Shown: in pieces, positions 14,021-23,257 of the stretch
Position numbering within the stretch: the first letter of the stretch is position 1
How the letters are laid out: each line of letters starts with the position of its first letter
From: an uncultured delta proteobacterium
GTDB taxonomy: Bacteria > Myxococcota_A > Polyangia > Fen-1088
DNA: 64,000 nucleotides
Assembly (NCBI GenBank): GCA_963767925.1
Contig: CAVYGB010000001.1
Coordinates: 96,001 to 160,000 of the forward strand
Direction of reading: 5' to 3'
Notes under the pieces: generated by a model
What the model was told of the DNA's origin: nothing
The model's input: the letters and a program-made list of their open reading frames with translations, nothing else
The model's database searches: none
Program-made: the position numbers and the translations under genes

Positions 14021-15274
14021 GACCGAGGTGCTCAGGCGGGCGGCGTTGGTGAGGAGGTAGGTTCGTTCGGCGAGGCTGAGGGTGCGCTCGGCGGCCCGCC
14101 GGAAGAACGTGCTGGCGCCCGCCCGGTCGCCGGCCCGTTCCAGCAGGTGGGCCCGGACGGCGTCGAGGCGGTGGTTGCCGGCCAGGCGCGGGTCAGCCTC
14201 GAGGGTGTCGAGCAACGCCAGCCCGGCGGCCGGACCCTGGACCATGGCCACCGCGATGGCCCGGTTGAGCGCCACCAGCGGGTTGTCGGAGATGCGGCCG
14301 AGGACCTCGTACAGCGCCAGGATCTGCGGCCAGTCGGTCTTCTCGGCGCTCTCCCCCTCGTCGTGCACCGCCGCGATGGCTGCCTGGAGCTGGTAGGGGC
14401 CGACCGCTCCCCGGCGCAAGGTGGCGCTGATGAGGGCCACGCCCTCGGCGATGGCCGCCTGATCCCAGCGGGTCCGGTCCTGCTTGTCGAGCGGGATCAG
14501 CTCGCCGGCGGGCCCGGTGCGGGCCGTCCGGCGGGCGTCGGTCAGCAACATCAGCGCGAGCAGCCCGGCCACCTCCGTTTCGCCCGGGGCCAGCCGGTGC
14601 AGCAGGCGGATCAGGCGCAGCGCCTCGCTCGACAGGTCGGTCCGCACCAGCTCGGGCCCCCCGCTGACCGCGTACCCTTCGTTGAAGATGAGGTAGAGCA
14701 CGTGCAGCACGTCGGGCAGCCGGCTGGCCAGCACGGCCGGGCCGGGCATCTGGAAGGTCTCGCCCGACTCCTTGATGCTCGCCTTGGCCCGGCTGATCCG
14801 CTGGGCCATCGTCGCCTCGGGCACCAGGAAGGCCCGGGCGATCTCGGCGGTGGTCAGGCCGCCCACCGCGCGCAGGGTGAGGGCGATGGCCGAGGTCGAG
14901 GTGAGGGCCGGGTGGCAACACATGAAGAGCAGGTCGAGGGTGTCGTCACGCTGCTGGGCCCCCTCCGCGTCGGCGGCCAGGGCGACCTGCTCGTCGGCCG
15001 GCACCAGGCTGACCACCAGCTTCTCCCGGTGACGGCGGGCGCTCTCCGCCCGCACGTGGTCGGTGATGCGGCGGACGGCCACCTGGATCAGCCAGCCGCG
15101 CGGGTTGTCGGGCCGGCCCTCGCCCGGCCACTGGGAGGCCGCCGCGATCAGCGCCTCCTGGACCGCGTCCTCGCAGGCCGGGAAGTCCCGGTACCGGCGC
15201 AAGATCGTGCCCAGCACCTGCGGCGCGAGCTCGCGCAACAGGTGCTGGGTCCCGGCGTCGAGGGCAGGTGACAT
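14012..15274 (-). CDS. ECF sigma factor with long C-terminal extension (ECF42-like, DUF6596/TPR)
   Basis: EDAVQEAL, LLFMCCHPAL, GGLTTAEIARAFLVPEATMAQRISRAK and GPYQLQAAIAA motifs. Confidence 0.92.
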   Translation of the reverse strand: MSPALDAGTQHLLRELAPQVLGTILRRYRDFPACEDAVQEALIAAASQWPGEGRPDNPRGWLIQVAVRRITDHVRAESARRHREKLVVSLVPADEQVALAADAEGAQQRDDTLDLLFMCCHPALTSTSAIALTLRAVGGLTTAEIARAFLVPEATMAQRISRAKASIKESGETFQMPGPAVLASRLPDVLHVLYLIFNEGYAVSGGPELVRTDLSSEALRLIRLLHRLAPGETEVAGLLALMLLTDARRTARTGPAGELIPLDKQDRTRWDQAAIAEGVALISATLRRGAVGPYQLQAAIAAVHDEGESAEKTDWPQILALYEVLGRISDNPLVALNRAIAVAMVQGPAAGLALLDTLEADPRLAGNHRLDAVRAHLLERAGDRAGASTFFRRAAERTLSLAERTYLLTNAARLSTSVEG

Positions 15275-15330
15275 CGCGGCCGATCGCGCCTGGCGAAGTA
15301 GTCGGGTTCCCTCGCTTCGCTCGGCCCCGA

Positions 15331-15714
15331 CTAGGCCGGGGCGCTCATCACCTGCCGCACCTCGATCGCCAGGTACAGCGGTTGGCCGCCGGGGCCGGGG
15401 GCGGCCGAGGCCTCGGCGGCGATGGCGTAGGCCCGCTCGGGGCTGGGCACCTCGACGATCCAGTAGCCGGCCAGGTACTCCTTCGACTCGGGGAAGACGC
15501 CGTCGGTGATCGGCTTGCCCTCCTTGCTCCCGCGCACCAGCCGAGCCTGATCGGGGCCTGCCAGGCCCTCGGCGCCGACCAGCTCGCCGGCCGCCGACAG
15601 CTTGCCGGCGAAGCTCTTCATGAACTCGATGTGCCGGACCAGGTCCTCCTTCGGCCACTGCGCGACCTGGAAGGGGCCGCCGCCCGGGGTGTTCATCATC
15701 AGCATGTATTTCAT
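15331..15714 (-). CDS. YciI/DGPF-family protein
   Basis: MKYMLM start; TDGVFPESKEYLAGYW and IEVR motifs; typical ECF42 partner. Confidence 0.9.
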   Translation of the reverse strand: MKYMLMMNTPGGGPFQVAQWPKEDLVRHIEFMKSFAGKLSAAGELVGAEGLAGPDQARLVRGSKEGKPITDGVFPESKEYLAGYWIVEVPSPERAYAIAAEASAAPGPGGQPLYLAIEVRQVMSAPA

Positions 15715-16247
15715 GGGTCGCTCTTCCCTTCGTCGTGTTTCAACTCTGCGTCCTCGGGCTCCCCGTCCGCTCCGCTCGCGCTTCCGCGGGGCCCTTCGTC
15801 CGGTAGTCGGAGCCGACCCGCCCGCCTCGACATCGGGCCGGTCGATTTTTCGATCTTTCTCCCCGCCGACTCAAGTGACGGAAAGGACGGGAAAATGAGC
15901 CGCCCGCCGGCGCGAGCCGCCGGCGAACCCGACCGACCTGTCGGGTGATCGGATGCGAGGGCGGTGGAGGTCAGCGCTTGGGATCCGTTGTCCCGCTCGC
16001 GCGCACCTGGTTCGCCCCGTCGCTGTTCTCACCGACGGAAGGGTACGCCCTGAATGTGAGACACGACGGGCCAAATCGTGTACGAGGCGCACGCTATCGC
16101 CCTGGCGTTCTGGTACGAACAATTCTGGGGAATCATCGCGGGGACTGCATGAGCGCTGGTAACGAACACGCAGTCACGATGGCACCCCGGCAATTCGCGC
16201 GAGCCGGCAATGCGGATTGTTCCAGAGCCGGATGACTTCGTCCAAAA

Positions 16248-18095
16248 ATGAACGAGAGTCTTCCTGTAACGAGAGGCCCTGTCGCCGCCTTGATGGCGAT
16301 TCCCGGTGCACGCGGGGGGGGCGGCACGGCCGGTGACGGGCGGGCGCGCGACGAAGGCGCCTTGCGACCCGGGACCCGCCTGCGGAGCTACCAGCTCGTC
16401 AACCGGCTGGCGATCGGCGCCACCTCCGAGGTCTGGCTCGCCAAGCTGACCGGCGCCCAGGGCTTCGAGAAGATCGTCGTGTTGAAGGTGATCGCGGCCG
16501 ATCCCGCCCGCCGGGGGGAGCTGGCCGATCTGCTCACCAACGAGGCCACCATCGGTGCGCGGCTGTACCACCCCGGCATCGTCCACCTGCTCGACTTTGC
16601 CCAGGCTGACGCCCGTTGCTTCATCTCCATGGAGCACCTCGACGGCGTGAACCTGCTGCAGGCGGCGGTGCGGCTGGGTGAGCTCGGGCAACGTTTTCCT
16701 CTGCCGCTGGTGGTCTATGTGGCTGGCCAGGTCTGCCGCGGCCTGCACTACGCCCACGAGCTGGCCGATTCGAAAGGTTCCCTCGGCTTTCTCCATCGCG
16801 GGATCAGCCCGGACAACGTGATGTTGTTGCGGTCGGGCGCGGTGAAGTTGATCGACTTCGGCGCCTCCCGCATGCGTTCGGTGCCGACCCCGCCCTCCAG
16901 CGTCGGGACCCAGACCCACTACGCCGCCCCCGAGCGGCTCAACGACCGGGAAGAGGATCGGCGCAGCGACATCTACTCGCTGGGCGTCGTCCTTTACCAG
17001 ATCCTGTGCGGGCAGCGCCCGTTCGAGGGCGACGACGACGTGGTGCGGGCCCGCGTGCTCGAGGGGCGCCCCGCCTCGCCCACCGACGTGGCGCCCGACC
17101 TGCCCGAGGGGATGGCGCAGGTGGTGCTGCGGGCGATGTCCCGCGACCCCGACAAGCGCCAGCCCACCGCCGAGGCGCTGTCCACCGACCTGCAGGCCGC
17201 CTACGAGGAGCACCTCGCCATCGCCCCCGACTCGGGCCACGACGAGCTGGAGCTGCGCATCGGCCTCAACCAGATCTTCGGCAACGGGCTCAACGGCGCC
17301 AACGAGGTGCCCGGGTCGATGCCCCTGCGGATCATCGCCCGCGCCACCAGCGCGGCGCGCTCGCTCGGCTCCGAGCCGGTGGCCCTCGCCCCCGCGGCCC
17401 CCATCGCCGCTCTTCCCCTGCTGGTGGGCGGGGACCCGCCGGCCGAGCCGGGCTGGACCCAGGACGACACGACCGAGCCCTGCTCGATGCCCCTGCCGGT
17501 CGAGGAGCCCGCTTCCTCCCCGCCGGCCCGCGCGCCCGGTCCCGGATCCATGCCGGGGGCGGTGCCCGAGCCCATCCCCACCCAGGAGTCGGCCCCCGTG
17601 CCGGTCTCGGCCCTGTTCGACGGGGGGACCTCGAGCGGCCGCCGCGTCCCCACGGTCTACTGGCTCAAGGACGAGGTGGGGGCCGACCTCACCGGGTCGG
17701 TCTTCGACGTGGCTCTCACCCGCGTGCGCGAGCCCTCGATCAACTTCGTTCCCCGGGAGATCTCCGGGTTCGGCGAGAAGTCCGGAGTGGCCGACATCTT
17801 CGCCATCCGCCGCCGGGGCGAGGCGGCCGAGAGCGGCCCCCGCCACCAGGCCTGGATCACCCCCGAGCCTCCCCCCACGGCCGCCTCGGCCGGGCCGGCG
17901 CCGCCGGCCCCCGAGGACCGCCGTACCCCCCGCCAGCTCGAGGCGGCGCGATGTTTCGATCGAGGGCTGGCCTTTCTCACCGACAAGCAGTACGGGCTCG
18001 CTCTCGACGAATGGGAACGCGCGATCGAGCTCGACCCGTACAACCGGACGTACCAGACAAACCTGAAGCGACTACGCGCGCGCCACAACAAATAG
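16248..18095 (+). CDS. Ser/Thr protein kinase-like protein (probable pseudokinase) with Pro-rich linker and C-terminal TPR
   Basis: VVLK, DFG, YAAPE and DIYSLG are present, but the catalytic loop reads HRGISPDN; C-terminal FDRGL..YGLALDEWERAIELDP TPR; start position uncertain. Confidence 0.85.
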   Translation: MNESLPVTRGPVAALMAIPGARGGGGTAGDGRARDEGALRPGTRLRSYQLVNRLAIGATSEVWLAKLTGAQGFEKIVVLKVIAADPARRGELADLLTNEATIGARLYHPGIVHLLDFAQADARCFISMEHLDGVNLLQAAVRLGELGQRFPLPLVVYVAGQVCRGLHYAHELADSKGSLGFLHRGISPDNVMLLRSGAVKLIDFGASRMRSVPTPPSSVGTQTHYAAPERLNDREEDRRSDIYSLGVVLYQILCGQRPFEGDDDVVRARVLEGRPASPTDVAPDLPEGMAQVVLRAMSRDPDKRQPTAEALSTDLQAAYEEHLAIAPDSGHDELELRIGLNQIFGNGLNGANEVPGSMPLRIIARATSAARSLGSEPVALAPAAPIAALPLLVGGDPPAEPGWTQDDTTEPCSMPLPVEEPASSPPARAPGPGSMPGAVPEPIPTQESAPVPVSALFDGGTSSGRRVPTVYWLKDEVGADLTGSVFDVALTRVREPSINFVPREISGFGEKSGVADIFAIRRRGEAAESGPRHQAWITPEPPPTAASAGPAPPAPEDRRTPRQLEAARCFDRGLAFLTDKQYGLALDEWERAIELDPYNRTYQTNLKRLRARHNK

Positions 18096-18122
18096 GCGCC
18101 GGGTCAAAGGACGGACACAATC

Positions 18123-18494
18123 ATGAGCACCAAGAGCGAAAAGATCAGCGAAGTCCTGCGGGGCCTTCGCACCAGCTCGCCGGAGGTCATCGGCGCCTGC
18201 GTGGTCAGCACCGAGGGCTTCATCGTCGCTTCGGTCGTCCCCAGCGAGATCGACGAGGACCTCATCGGCGGTATGGCGGCCTCTCTGCTCGGCGTCGGCG
18301 AGCGGATCGCGGCCGATCTGATGCGCTCGCAGATGGAGCAGGTCTACGTCCGCTCGCCCAAGGGGTACATCATCGTCAACGCCGTGGGTCCCGACGCCGC
18401 CCTGGTGTTGCTGGTGACCCGGGAGGCCAAGCTGGGGCTCATCTTCCTCGAGCTGAAGCGAACCACGGTCGAGCTGGTCAGGCACGTCGCATGA
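18123..18494 (+). CDS. Roadblock/LC7 (MglB-like) protein
   Basis: 123 aa; GACVVSTEGFIVAS, MAASLLGVGER and AKLGLIFLEL motifs. Confidence 0.9.
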   Translation: MSTKSEKISEVLRGLRTSSPEVIGACVVSTEGFIVASVVPSEIDEDLIGGMAASLLGVGERIAADLMRSQMEQVYVRSPKGYIIVNAVGPDAALVLLVTREAKLGLIFLELKRTTVELVRHVA

Positions 18495-19216
18495 TGGGAA
18501 GCGCCCGCGCCACGCTGCTGATGACGGGGTGCCTGGCTCTGGGACTGGCCGACGTCGCCGTGCTGAACCTGGTGCTGTTTCCCCGGGTCCGGCAGCAGGG
18601 CAAGGGACCGCCGCCCGCCCCGACCGAGCCGCTGCCCCGGGTGGTCCCGCGGCCGGCGCCGATGGTGGCCGCCACCCCCGCCCCCCTGCCCGATCCCGAG
18701 CCCGCCGCGGCGCCCGAGCCCGCTGCGGTCCCCGAGCCCGCCGCGGTCTTCGAGCCCGCCGCGGTCCCCGAGCCCGATCCCGTCGCCATCGCCGTCCCCG
18801 AACCTGCTCCGGCCCGCGCGCCGGCGGAGGCGCCTCCCGCGATCAACGAGCAGGTCCTCGCCCGCCTCGAGACCGAGGCGCCGCAGATCATCCTCTTCGA
18901 GACCAACCAGGCGCGCCTCGACCGCGAGGCGCAGGCCGCCATCGACCGCCTGGCCGCCCGGCTGACGGCGGTGCCGGCCACGGTGGTCCTGATCGAAGGC
19001 CACACCGACGTCCGGGGCCCCGAGACGGCCAACTACCGGCTCAGCCGGGCGCGTGCCCGGGCCGTCTTGCTCCGATTCACCGCCGAGGGAATCCCCCGCA
19101 GCCGCGTGGTGCTGCGGTCCTTCGGCTCGCGCCGCCCGGCCGCTAGCGGCAGCCACTCCGAGGCGCTGCGCCGCAACCGTCGGGTGGAGGTCTCCGTGCG
19201 GCGAGGGACTTCGTGA
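18491..19216 (+). CDS. OmpA-family peptidoglycan-binding protein with N-terminal TM segment and PEPAAV-repeat linker
   Basis: ATGA overlap with the roadblock stop; ILFETN, IEGHTD..G...NYRLSRARA and NRRVEV motifs. Confidence 0.88.
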   Translation: MMGSARATLLMTGCLALGLADVAVLNLVLFPRVRQQGKGPPPAPTEPLPRVVPRPAPMVAATPAPLPDPEPAAAPEPAAVPEPAAVFEPAAVPEPDPVAIAVPEPAPARAPAEAPPAINEQVLARLETEAPQIILFETNQARLDREAQAAIDRLAARLTAVPATVVLIEGHTDVRGPETANYRLSRARARAVLLRFTAEGIPRSRVVLRSFGSRRPAASGSHSEALRRNRRVEVSVRRGTS

Positions 19217-19220
19217 CATC

Positions 19221-20375
19221 ATGAACGCCACCAATCCGGTCATCGTGGTCTGGATCGCCTCTTTGATGGGGGCGCTGCTGTTCTTCGCCGCCGGCGCCTT
19301 CGCCGCCCGCCGGCGGGCCTACGCCGGCGGCCCGGTCGCTGGCCTGGGCGCGGTCAAGCGCAACACCCCGGTGCCCTCGGCGGCGGCGGGGGGCGTGTTC
19401 GATCAGCCCGCCCGCCCGCCGGTGCCCAACCTCGACGCCAAGATCGCCGCCATGGAGGCGGAGGCCACCCTGCTGCAGTCGGCCCTGGCCACCGCCCAGG
19501 AGCAGCTCAAGACCCGGGAGGGGGAGCTGCAGCGGTTCCGCCGGGCGCTCGAGGAGGTGCAGAGCCGCAGCGGCGAGGAGGCCGGGCGCTGGCACAGCGA
19601 GCGCGCCGACCTGGAGGACCGGGCCGCCCGGGTGCCCCGCCTCGAGGCCGAGCTCGAGCAGCGCCGTCAGGAGATCGCCCGCTGGCGTCAGGAGCTGCGG
19701 GAGGCGGAGGGCCAGCTCGCCCGCTCGCCCTCGGCCGAGACCGAGCAGACCCTGAAGCAGGACCTGGCCATCAAGGTGCAACTCTTGCGGGCCAACGAGC
19801 AGCGCCTCGTCCACCTCGAGGAGGAGAACGCCAAGCTCCGCCAGGACACCGGCGGGGCCGCCGGCGTGCGCGAGGAACGGGACCGGCTGCGCGCCGAGAA
19901 CGCCCAGCTCCGGGCCAAGGCCTTCGCCGGCCGCCCGGCCAGCAGCGGCTCGTCGATCCTGGGCGGCGGGGGGACGGTGCCCCTGCAGGCGCCGCCCAAG
20001 GGCGCCGGTCGGGGCCACCTGTTCCAGACCTTCGTCGAGCAGGTCAGCCGCATGGCCGACGTGCGCTGCGCGGTGGTGGCCGACGAGCTGGGCCTTGTCG
20101 TGGCCAGCCACGGCAGCCTCGGCGACGAGGTGGCGGCGGTGGGGGCCCTGCTCTCCCGGGCGGGCGGAAAGGCCATCGAGGTGCTACCCCTAAGAAATGT
20201 GCATCGGGTGACGGTCGAGGATGACCAGCGGATCATCCTGACCCTGAGACCCCTGCCGACCCGGGAAGGCCGGGACAGCGACCTCTCGTTGATCACGCTG
20301 GCGGTCGGCGTTGCTCCGGATCCCCAGGCACTCACAAAGCTCATCAACGAGGGTCCGCGCAACATTCTGACGTGA
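19221..20375 (+). CDS. Membrane-anchored coiled-coil protein with C-terminal Roadblock-like domain
   Basis: N-terminal TM; about 160 aa E/R/L/Q heptad region; C-terminal VRCAVVADELGLVVAS..DEVAAVGALL. Confidence 0.75.
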   Translation: MNATNPVIVVWIASLMGALLFFAAGAFAARRRAYAGGPVAGLGAVKRNTPVPSAAAGGVFDQPARPPVPNLDAKIAAMEAEATLLQSALATAQEQLKTREGELQRFRRALEEVQSRSGEEAGRWHSERADLEDRAARVPRLEAELEQRRQEIARWRQELREAEGQLARSPSAETEQTLKQDLAIKVQLLRANEQRLVHLEEENAKLRQDTGGAAGVREERDRLRAENAQLRAKAFAGRPASSGSSILGGGGTVPLQAPPKGAGRGHLFQTFVEQVSRMADVRCAVVADELGLVVASHGSLGDEVAAVGALLSRAGGKAIEVLPLRNVHRVTVEDDQRIILTLRPLPTREGRDSDLSLITLAVGVAPDPQALTKLINEGPRNILT

Positions 20376-20393
20376 TTGCCAAAGGAGTTACCA

Positions 20394-20909
20394 ATGCCAT
20401 TGCCAACCTCACCCGCCAACGCGATACCCTCGCTGGACGCGTCCGCCTACAAGGGCGTGGATGTCACCAACGCGCTCAATATCGTGCGCCCCACCCTGGG
20501 TGATCAAGCGGGCATCGCCCTCTACCGCCTGCTGCGCCTGGTGGCGCTGGAGGACATCATCGGGCGGGGCGCGGCGGGCACCGCCTACATCGCCGGCAAG
20601 AAGCTGGGGATCGCGCTGGGGCTGACCAAGCTGGAGGACTTCCTGGCCCTGTGCAACGCCCTCAAGATCGGGATCATCAAGGTCCCCGTCCTCAAGGCCG
20701 AGCAGATCCACATCGACGTGTACGAATGTGTGACCTGCTCGGGCATGAAGAAGGTGGGGCGGACCCTCTGCCACTTCGAGGGGGGCCTGATCGCCGGCGC
20801 GGTCGAGCACATCCTCAAGAAGCGGACCCGGGCCCACGAGATGACCTGCATCGGCGGCCTCGGCCACGAGGCCTGCGGCTTCGACCTGGAGTTCCGGGGA
20901 GCGGTTTGA
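20394..20909 (+). CDS. Stand-alone V4R (4-vinyl reductase) domain protein
   Basis: AAGGAG RBS; YECVTCSG..LCHFEGGLIAG..EMTCIG.G...CGF motif. Confidence 0.88.
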   Translation: MPLPTSPANAIPSLDASAYKGVDVTNALNIVRPTLGDQAGIALYRLLRLVALEDIIGRGAAGTAYIAGKKLGIALGLTKLEDFLALCNALKIGIIKVPVLKAEQIHIDVYECVTCSGMKKVGRTLCHFEGGLIAGAVEHILKKRTRAHEMTCIGGLGHEACGFDLEFRGAV

Positions 20910-20935
20910 AAGAGACCGAGCTGTCTGGCCGGAGA

Positions 20936-20972
20936 CCCCTCCCTCTCCCCGCTGCGCGGGGCGAGGGCGAAC
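20936..20972 (+). repeat. REP-like hairpin element, copy 2
   Basis: CCCCTCCCTCTCCCCGCTGCGCGGGGCGAGGGCGAAC. Confidence 0.75.
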
Positions 20973-21096
20973 AGGTGAGGAGGAGCGGAGATTTCGGCCG
21001 AGTCCCGGCGCCTGGCCGGTGGTCAATGGGAGGGGAGCCTTCGGCTGGATCCGGCAGATGTTGGGGCCCGGGGGATTGTGGGGGCACCTGGCCGGT

Positions 21097-21142
21097 CGTT
21101 CGCCCTCGCCCCGCGGCAGCGGGGAGAGGGCGGGGTGAGGGG
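21097..21142 (-). repeat. REP-like hairpin element, copy 3 (inverted relative to copy 2)
   Basis: CGTTCGCCCTCGCCCCGCGGCAGCGGGGAGAGGGCGGGGTGAGGGG. Confidence 0.75.
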
Positions 21143-21213
21143 TCCTCTGGCGTTCGCGAGACCGGCTTGCTGCTGTCGTCGAGCGAGGTCCCCTCTCCCG
21201 GGGGGCTCCGGCG

Positions 21214-21798
21214 TCACTGGGCCAGGGCCACCCGGATGACGATGCCGCCCATGACGTCGCCGAGCTTGAAGTCGGTGCGGGGGCTGTCGGGGTGGCCGTT
21301 GTGGCAGTCCACGCAGGCCTGCGAGACCGCCTTGTCCGGGTAGACGGCGGTGAAGTAGCGGGCCTCGCCCAGCACCTCGTCGGTGTAGTGGTTTGTCGCC
21401 TTCTGGGTCACCTCGGCCAGGCCGACCTTCTCCGCCTCGGTGCGGGGGCGGTTCTGCTTGTTGATGGGGTCGAGCGACAGCAGGCTGTAGGAGAAGTCCT
21501 TGGTCTTCTCGCGCACCCGCTCGGCCCCCATGCGGAACATCTGGGCGGGCAGGGGGAGGGTCTTCTCGTCCTTCCAGTGTTCGGTGGCCTTGAGGACCTT
21601 GTCCTCGTTCTGGAGGCGGTTGACCACCTCCTTTGTGTAAACCTCCCGGTCGGCCGACATCACGGCGTAGAGAGCGTCGGTGAAGGCGCGTTTGCGGGCG
21701 GCCTCGTCGGGCGGGGCGGGCGGGGGGGTGGCGCGGCAGGAGGAGCCCAGGAACGCCCCGGCCAGCAAGGCCGGTATAATCGAGTCGGTTGCTTTCAT
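21214..21798 (-). CDS. DUF3365 / Tll0287-like c-type heme lipoprotein
   Basis: Lipobox LGSSC; LPLPAQMFR, YSLLSLDPIN, CVDCH and GDVMGGIVI motifs. Confidence 0.85.
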   Translation of the reverse strand: MKATDSIIPALLAGAFLGSSCRATPPPAPPDEAARKRAFTDALYAVMSADREVYTKEVVNRLQNEDKVLKATEHWKDEKTLPLPAQMFRMGAERVREKTKDFSYSLLSLDPINKQNRPRTEAEKVGLAEVTQKATNHYTDEVLGEARYFTAVYPDKAVSQACVDCHNGHPDSPRTDFKLGDVMGGIVIRVALAQ

Positions 21799-21858
21799 CA
21801 GTCGTCGTCCTTCGCAAGGTGTCGGCACGGTAGCGGCTGGCGCCGGGGGGGGCCGGCG

Positions 21859-23250
21859 TCAGCGGGGAAGCTTGTCGATGAGGTCCATGCTGGTGACGGC
21901 GGGCGCCGGGCGGCCCTGGAAGTTGGTCTGCACCAGGGCGGGATCGGCCAGCGCGTCCAGGGAGAAGCTCGCGCCGTGGCAGTGGATGCAGACGTCTCGC
22001 CACATCCGGTCGCTGGGGCGGAGGTTGCCGTTCTGGTTGTGCTCGACCTTGATCACCTGGGCGCCGTCCTTCGTCACGAGCTGCCGGGGCAGGTGGCAGG
22101 TCGCGCAGGAGACGCCGGTGCCGGGCGCGGCCTCGTGCCGCTGCTCGTCCCGCCAGGCGTTGAAGTGGGCCGAGGTCCGGTAGGCTCGGGTGTGGCTGTC
22201 GTCGTGGCAGCCCTCGCAGGCGGTCACCGCGGCCTGCACCCGGTCGAAGCGGTGGGACCCGTGGCAGGTGGTGCAGCCGAGGGTGCGGGAGGCGCCCTCT
22301 TCCTTCGCCTGCGGCTTCATCGGGGCCCGGGCCAGGCTGGGGGACATGGCGCTGTGGCCGGCCACCAGCCGCATGCCGTGTTTGCCGTCCCGGAAGCCCA
22401 GCCGCTCGTCGCGGTGGCAGTTGGCGCAGACGGTGTCGTTGACCGTCCAGCTCCAGCTCGGGCTGGGGGCGTTGACGCCGGGGGCCCGGTCGCCGTCGAG
22501 GGGCCGCTCGTGGCAGCCGGTGCAGTTGACCTGGGCCCGGGCGTGGGCCGACGCCGTCCACTCGCTGATGCTGGCCATCATGCGGCCGTTCCACTGCTCG
22601 GGCTCCATCCCCTCGGGCCCTGGCTCGCTGCCCGAGGTGGCGGGAAAGTCGGGCGGGGGGGGGATGGCGGCGGCGACCGTGGGGGCCAGCACCACCGGCG
22701 GCAGCGGGACGCGGGGGTCGGCCCGCAGCTCGGGAGCGCCGCGGTCCTTGAGCAGGAAGTCGCGGTACAGGCCCCGGTTGTCGTGGTAGTTGTGGCAGCC
22801 GGCCGAGGCGCAGCCGGCGTCGTCGAAGGTGGCGTGGCTGGGGCGATCCTCGCGAACGTCGGCGTGGCAGGCGATGCAGAAGGTCTGCGGCTCGCTCACG
22901 CTGCCGCGAAGCCGGGCCTCGGCCCGGTGCTCGCGGTGGCAGGCCACGCAGGAGCGGGCGTCGACGTGGGTGAGCTGCAGGGCCCGCACCGGGTCGTCGA
23001 ACTTGGCGGGGGCGTGGCTGTCGTTGCGGGCGCGCAGCGATTCGCCGTGACAGCCCAGGCAGGAGGCCTCGCTGACCCCGCCGAAGGGGGTGTGGCAGGT
23101 GGCGCAGTCGTTCTCGATCTGGTGGTGCCCGTCCGAGGTGCGCCCGGGCAGGAACAGCGCCTGCTCGGCCCGCCAGTGGCGGTTGCCGGCGAAGCCGACC
23201 GGCGCGCAGAACAGCAGCCCGAAAAACAGTCGGCGGGGCCAGGTCCTCAT
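21859..23250 (-). CDS. Multiheme cytochrome c (10 CxxCH + 1 CX4CH)
   Basis: CATCH, CLGCH, CVACH, CIACH, CASAGCH, CTGCH, CANCH, CTTCH, CEGCH, CATCH, CIHCH; N-terminal hydrophobic segment. Confidence 0.92.
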   Translation of the reverse strand: MRTWPRRLFFGLLFCAPVGFAGNRHWRAEQALFLPGRTSDGHHQIENDCATCHTPFGGVSEASCLGCHGESLRARNDSHAPAKFDDPVRALQLTHVDARSCVACHREHRAEARLRGSVSEPQTFCIACHADVREDRPSHATFDDAGCASAGCHNYHDNRGLYRDFLLKDRGAPELRADPRVPLPPVVLAPTVAAAIPPPPDFPATSGSEPGPEGMEPEQWNGRMMASISEWTASAHARAQVNCTGCHERPLDGDRAPGVNAPSPSWSWTVNDTVCANCHRDERLGFRDGKHGMRLVAGHSAMSPSLARAPMKPQAKEEGASRTLGCTTCHGSHRFDRVQAAVTACEGCHDDSHTRAYRTSAHFNAWRDEQRHEAAPGTGVSCATCHLPRQLVTKDGAQVIKVEHNQNGNLRPSDRMWRDVCIHCHGASFSLDALADPALVQTNFQGRPAPAVTSMDLIDKLPR

Positions 23251-23257
23251 GGCGGGA

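Noticed and set aside
18695..18810. 18-bp repeats in the OmpA gene as a mobile or regulatory repeat
   Set aside because: They are in-frame PEPAAV linker repeats, ordinary for periplasm-spanning proteins
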